A stretch of DNA of 64,000 bases from NCBI RefSeq assembly GCF_009914755.1, contig NC_060932.1, one strand, 5' to 3'. The translations under genes were made by a program, and so were the position numbers. How positions within the stretch are numbered: position 1 is the first letter of the stretch; each line of letters opens with the position of its first letter. Below, piece by piece: positions 58,068 through 64,000 of the stretch. Under the pieces are notes generated by a model that worked only from the letters and a program-made list of their open reading frames with translations, ran no database searches and was not told the DNA's origin. The stretch is from the human T2T-CHM13v2.0 reference genome, Homo sapiens.

Positions 58068-58201
58068 TATTCATTTTTTACATTTTTATTTATTCATGTA
58101 TTTATTTTAAGACGAGTCTTGCTCTGTCACCCAGGCTGGAGTGCAGTGGCACAGTCATAGCTCACTGCAGCCTCGAACTCCTGGCCTCAAGTGATCCTCC
58201 T
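58068..58201 (-). mobile_element. Truncated AluJ/monomer fragment
   Basis: (TTTA)n tail, then gagtcttgctctgtcacccaggctggagtgcagtggc...caagtgatcctcc. Confidence 0.85.
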
Positions 58202-59453
58202 GAGCAATCGTTTTAAATCATGGACTGTGTTACTCCTCAGCTCAAAAATCCCAGTGGTTCAAGGAAGCACACCCTGTCCTCGCTGCTATTCCTGGCACCC
58301 CAAGTGTCTCCAGCTTCAGGGTCTTCTTGGGCTGGACTGCTCGTCCCCCAAATACCCACGGGGACCATCCCTCGCTGCCTTCAGGTCTCTGCCTAAGTGG
58401 CATGTATAAGTGAGACCCTCTCACTCCCTGTTCCCCTTGTGGGGCTTCACGTTTCTCCCTTGCACTCATTGGCCCTTCCACAGGTTTGCTTATGTGTTTG
58501 CCGTCCATCTCCCCCACTTGAATCTAAGCTCTGAGAGGCTGGGAACTGGGTCAGTTTTGTCCATTCTGAATCCTCTAAGTTTAGAAGTGTACCTACCAAT
58601 TCCCAACATTCTGAGCACTGAATAAAAGAACACATAACATGTCAAAAGCCCATATCTCCTATTAAGGAAACTGAAGGATGGGAAAGAGAAGCACATTGTT
58701 TGCCTCATGGAGAAATCAAAGAACAGAGCCATGGCTCAGAGCTCACACAGCCCCAGAGCCAGGGTGTCCCTTGCTAAAGAGACTGAAGCCAAACAGTTCC
58801 CAGAGACAAAGGGGACAGATCAGGGAATGCCCTGCTGGCATCCTTCTTCAGGCCCCTGGGGATCAGAAGGGGCAAATGCAGAAGCAGCTTCTCTGGAGGC
58901 AGACAGAGCAATGCCCCAAATGCTTCCTTCCCTCGCTCCTCCAGGCCTCCAGAGTCACGCAGCTTGGAGTCCTGGCTGCAGCCCAGGAAGGGTGAGTGGA
59001 CGGTGCAGCACAGCAGACGGCGCACAGGCTTGGAGTCGCCCACTCAGGACAAGTGTCACCTTGGTGAGTCTTGGTTTTCTCATCTGTAAAACCAGGGTGA
59101 TGACCAAATGCTTAAACATCTGAAAACAGTGGGCAGGCAGCCTTAGGTTCTATTTCTTTCTTTCTGGTTTGTGTCTTATCACACCAAAAGTCTACCTCTA
59201 ACTTTAAAAGAGATTACGCACAGGCTTGTTGCTGTGCCATGAGCTGCTCCCGAATTTCTGAACATCCCTCCTGGGTTCTCCAACAACTCCCCACTCTGCT
59301 CCCTTTTTTTTCCTTTTTATTTTTCTTGATGTCTCATAACTTCTCCTTTCTCTTCCCACATTCCGAAAATCCTCCTATCCTAACCTTGCTACATGAATGG
59401 TAACTGCTTGAACACTTGTGATTGGAATGACTGATTTAAAAAGCCAGTTTTGA

Positions 59454-60349
<896 letters not shown>

Positions 60350-61544
60350 TCACAGCCATGTTATTGCAGGTGTAATAAACAGGAGAGACTTCTGAGACAG
60401 ATCCTGGAATGCTGGGGCACCTCTGGCCATTGTCCCCTCCCATCCCCTTGTGGAGCCAATCTGCCCCTGAGGAGCCACACAAAGTTCACGCCAGGTCTCA
60501 GCTCCAGATCTCCACTTGTCCCCAGCACACCCCTCCTGCCTCCCATGAGGCCCTCATCCTTCAATGCTCAGGGCTTGGGACCCTCTGCCTCCATGAGTCC
60601 TGTGAGTCCGTGTTCACCCTCAGCACTATCCACTTTTCTCAGCACCTACACTCTACCTCAGCTGAATACACCCTTGGACCCAAAGTCATCTCTTACTCTT
60701 AACTCCTTCAGCATAGGCCAGGGCCGAACAGAGTGCTACTCCACACCCCTCCTTCTCCAGAAACATCAGGTAGGCCAGCAGGAAGCCCTTCTCCATGACA
60801 GGTAGGGCTGTATTTGCAGACAGAAAATCTAGCTCATTCCATGCCTGGCTATTATGCCTGCTGCCCTTACAAACTAAGGAGAGTGGCTTTGCCTTTCCAA
60901 GTATCGATTTCCCCCTCTGCAAAATGGGGATGCCAGCACCTTCCCCACCCACCTCTGAGGCTTGTAAATACAAAACACCACACAATGAGTTATTATTAAA
61001 ATAAACAGAGCAGCAAACAGCCATGCAGCCTACACCACTCCTCTTTGTCATGCCCTACCTTCAGGCAGGCCTGTCCACTTTTCCCAATTAGCCTGTGAAC
61101 GGTCCAAAGGCATGCCCATCAGAGCCGTCACCTGCACTGCTTAGAGAAGGTGCCCCAGAGCCCCCAGGTGGCCCTGGCACCCATCACAGAGCCAGCCAAC
61201 TGTGACTTTCACCCCGTGGAGACTGTCTCAGGCTGCCCAGAGTTTATGCAACAAAGGAAACCACAGCAGGGAGCAAACACATTCTGGAAAAGCATTAACA
61301 AATGCGACACTCCATCAGGAGGAGACCCAGAGGGCCACCTCGGGGGGGCCCGCAGTACCCAAAGTCCCTGCTGTAAATGGAATAGCTGCCACACATGCAT
61401 TTGGTCTTAATTAATAAGTGGATTAAGCCAAAGGCATGGCTTCTGGGAAGGAAGGATGACAGGAAGGAAGGGTGGCTTCACACCTTCTTGCAGAAATCTA
61501 CCACTCACTTCTAGAGCACATGGAACCCCCAGAGTAGCCCACTC

Positions 61545-61710
61545 TGAAAAGAGCATGGTGTGGGGCAGTAAAGTTTCTTGTTTTCATACCTAACAAAACC
61601 ACTCACTGACTTTGTGACCCTGACCAAGACAGCCTTTTGCTCGGAGCCTCAACTTCTCTGCTTGTGAAATGAGCAGATATATGTGATGCACCCCTTGAAA
61701 TGCTAAGACA
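61545..61710 (+). mobile_element. MIR
   Basis: gaaaagagcatgg...ttgtgaccctgaccaag...gagcctcaacttctctgcttgtgaaatg. Confidence 0.65.
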
Positions 61711-61999
61711 GGCCTGACCACTGCAGGTGACAGGGCCCGGAGGTGGGAATGCAGCGAAGAGGAAGGAACAAGGATATTCCCTGCACAGGGATCTTGCACA
61801 CTTCACACCTGGCTGCAGCAGAGGTCCAGCCCTTACTGACAAAGCAGGCGGCACTTGCCGCATTTCACGTGAGCGTTTATCTTCTCCCACCAAATGGACT
61901 CAGGATGCAGGCATTTCACATCTTAGTGAACAGCATCGCACCCAGCTTTGCTACATGGATAGTCACTGCTTGAACATTTGTGGTTGGAATGACTGATTT

Positions 62000-62730
62000 A
62001 GAAAGCATGTTGTCTAATTTGTAAAATAACATGTTTACTGGAGGAAATTTGGATAGCACAAAAAAGTTTAAAGAAATCAAAAGTCATATGTTTCCCAAAA
62101 TGCAGTGATAACCACCATGAAAATTTTGATAATATAATATTCTGCTCTAGTTCTCAGGACTACATACACCTTTTGTTTTAATTGCAATTATACTCTATTT
62201 ACTTTTAAGTCTTTACTTGCTTAATATATATTATTAGCATTTTCCCATATTCTTATGTATTATTCAATGTAATTTTAATAGTTTTCTTGATTTCCATTTT
62301 ATGGAGGAACCATAATATATTTAATTAATGCCTCCATGCAATGTTTGCTGTAATGAATAATGCTGAAAGGAATATTCTTAATTAGAACTATTTTGCACAT
62401 CTCTAACTATTTCCTTAGGATAAATTCCTAGAAGAGGAATTGCTGACTGGTTCAAAGAGTATATTTTTTTGAGACACATCTCCTATGTTTCCAAATTATC
62501 TCATTTCACATATCCACCAGCTAAGTCTAAAAATGTCCATTTCCCAGCAACACTGGATATTACATTATCATTTTTAATTTCTGCTAATCTGTTAAATGGA
62601 TAACGATAACTTGTTTTAATTTCACATTTTTGTTATTAGTGAGGAGAGACACTTTTCTTTTACATATTTTTCTTACTTCTTTTGTTATGTGAACTGTCTA
62701 TTCCCATTCTTTGCTCACTTCTCTATCAGG
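62000..62730 (-). mobile_element. Ancient L1ME 3' region
   Basis: ctatttccttaggataaattcctagaagaggaattgctg, ttgttttaatttcacattt, gtgaactgtctattcccattctttgctcac. Confidence 0.75.
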
Positions 62731-62789
62731 GAAAGGCTGATTTTTAAAAACACTTTTTGAAAAAGAGAATGAATCCACAAACCCCTTGA

Positions 62790-63005
62790 AAGATCCCATT
62801 CCCCACGTCTCACGAACACCTCCACTGAAGCATTAATTTAAATGTCCAGTGTGGATCCTTCTCCTATAGTTTAAACCCATTTCCTCCCATCCCATCTTCA
62901 GAGGGAACACTGCTCTCTCTTTCACCTAACACTATGACCTTTCTTTGTCACCTGTCAGCTTCTCCTCCCGGGGATGAATAATTCCTCTTCATTTTTCCCT
63001 GATCT
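62790..63005 (-). mobile_element. L3/CR1 fragment
   Basis: ccttctcctatagtttaaacccatttcctc...cagcttctcctcccggggatgaataattcc. Confidence 0.5.
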
Positions 63006-63029
63006 AGTGTAACTTATGAAGTCAAAGTA

Positions 63030-63590
63030 TCGGCTTCTGATGCTGCCCTCCTCCCCCTCCCCATTGCCACTGTCTTCCTGCGGGCCCTCGCCATTTCTCA
63101 CCTGGACAGCAGCAAATTACTTCTGAACTGGCCTCTCCCCTTTGCGCCCCTCTCAAACCTCACCTCCACTCTTCATTTCACAACTGCTGGACCATTTTTC
63201 CTAGATGCAAATGTGAGCATGTCATTTCCTGCCTGACAGTTTTCTGCTCCTTCATGTGGCAGTGGCCCCTCCCTCCCTACCTGGTGGGCACCCACAACCC
63301 TACCTCCCCTTGCCCCCAAAACATGCCTCGTATGGGCAGATTCAGCAACATCCACATCTCACTGACACATTGTGCCAATCATGCGCTGGATGGAGTTTTG
63401 CTACCGTGGCTCCCTCTTTCTTACCCTCCTCCCATCCACCTGATGGTACCTATTCAAGCCTCAGGTCCCATTCAGGTGTTCCTCACTCCCAGCGGCTCCT
63501 CTGCCCACCCCAAATAAGGAGAATCATGGTGTACCCTACACCCAGATGCACTCTATCCACCTAATACACCTGACTATATTCCAGTAATGT
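63030..63590 (+). mobile_element. L2 fragment
   Basis: ccattgccactg...catttctcacctggac...ctagatgcaaatgtgagcatgtca. Confidence 0.6.
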
Positions 63591-63615
63591 CTGCGGCATC
63601 AAAATCGAGGGCGGG

Positions 63616-63749
63616 GGCTGGATGCGGCAGTGTGTGCTTGTAATCCCAGAGCTTTGGGAGCTAAGGTGGGAGGATTGCTTGAGGCCAGGAGTTCGAGGCT
63701 ACAGTAAACCATAATTGCACCATTGCACTCCAGCCTGGGCAACAGAGTG
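63616..63749 (+). mobile_element. Alu monomer (FRAM/AluJ right-arm-like)
   Basis: ttgtaatcccag...ggaggattgcttgaggccaggagttcgaggctacagt...cactccagcctgggcaacagagtg. Confidence 0.85.
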
Positions 63750-63750
63750 G

Positions 63751-63900
63751 GGAGAGGAGAGGAGAGGAGAGGAGAGGAGAGGAGAGGAGAGGAGAAGACT
63801 TGAGAGGAGAGCAAGGGGGAAGGGGGAGGGGGGAGGGGGAAGGGGGAAGGGGGGAGGGGGAAGGGGGGAGGGGGAAGGGGGAGGGGGGAGGGGGAAGGGG
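63751..63900. repeat. (GGAGA)9 followed by a G-rich (GGGGGA)n tract
   Basis: GGAGA x9 at 63751-63795; 13 runs of 4-6 G at 63815-63900. Confidence 0.95.
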
Positions 63901-64000
63901 AAATTGAAGACAGTGTGGTGATCTCAGTGAACATCATTGTGAGTGGTAAGGACACATGGTGGTCACCACGTTGGCCACCCTGCCTGGTGTATCCCTTGGG

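Larger units (their letters stand above)
56950..58630 (+). mobile_element. Long L2 (RT remnant to 3' end), interrupted by MER58A and an Alu fragment
   Basis: VQFSVLILLLMPAGFDPADH resembles the L2 RT motif LILLDLSAAFDTVDH; ctcactccctaggtgatctca; gaatctaagctctgagaggctggga. Confidence 0.8.

Overview
This is primate, almost certainly human, nuclear DNA. It is CpG-depleted, carries AluJ/S/Y elements, and has an L1 3' end with the human-specific pre-Ta diagnostic bases. I find no convincing protein-coding gene, RNA gene or CpG island. The window looks intronic or intergenic, and I cannot name the locus. Roughly 40-50% is recognisable interspersed repeat: about 17 Alu-family elements, L1 fragments of many ages, L2, MIR, L3/CR1, five LTRs, and hAT/Tigger DNA transposons. 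The only ORFs with recognisable protein similarity are decayed L1 ORF2, Charlie1 transposase and L2 RT remnants. Main observations: (1) a human-specific pre-Ta L1HS 3' end fused in register into an older L1PA5-like element, with a 140-bp duplication of host sequence; (2) a four-level nested transposon stack inside a Charlie1 element that keeps both termini; (3) an old ~155-bp direct duplication whose second copy preserves the pre-insertion site of two Alus; (4) well-formed + strand exon-like segments, one containing a 70-aa ORF; (5) Alu-tail-derived purine and G4 tracts. I see no evidence of a novel multi-gene system. Subfamily labels come from remembered consensus sequences and need RepeatMasker/Dfam confirmation. 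Boundaries of old repeats are approximate.
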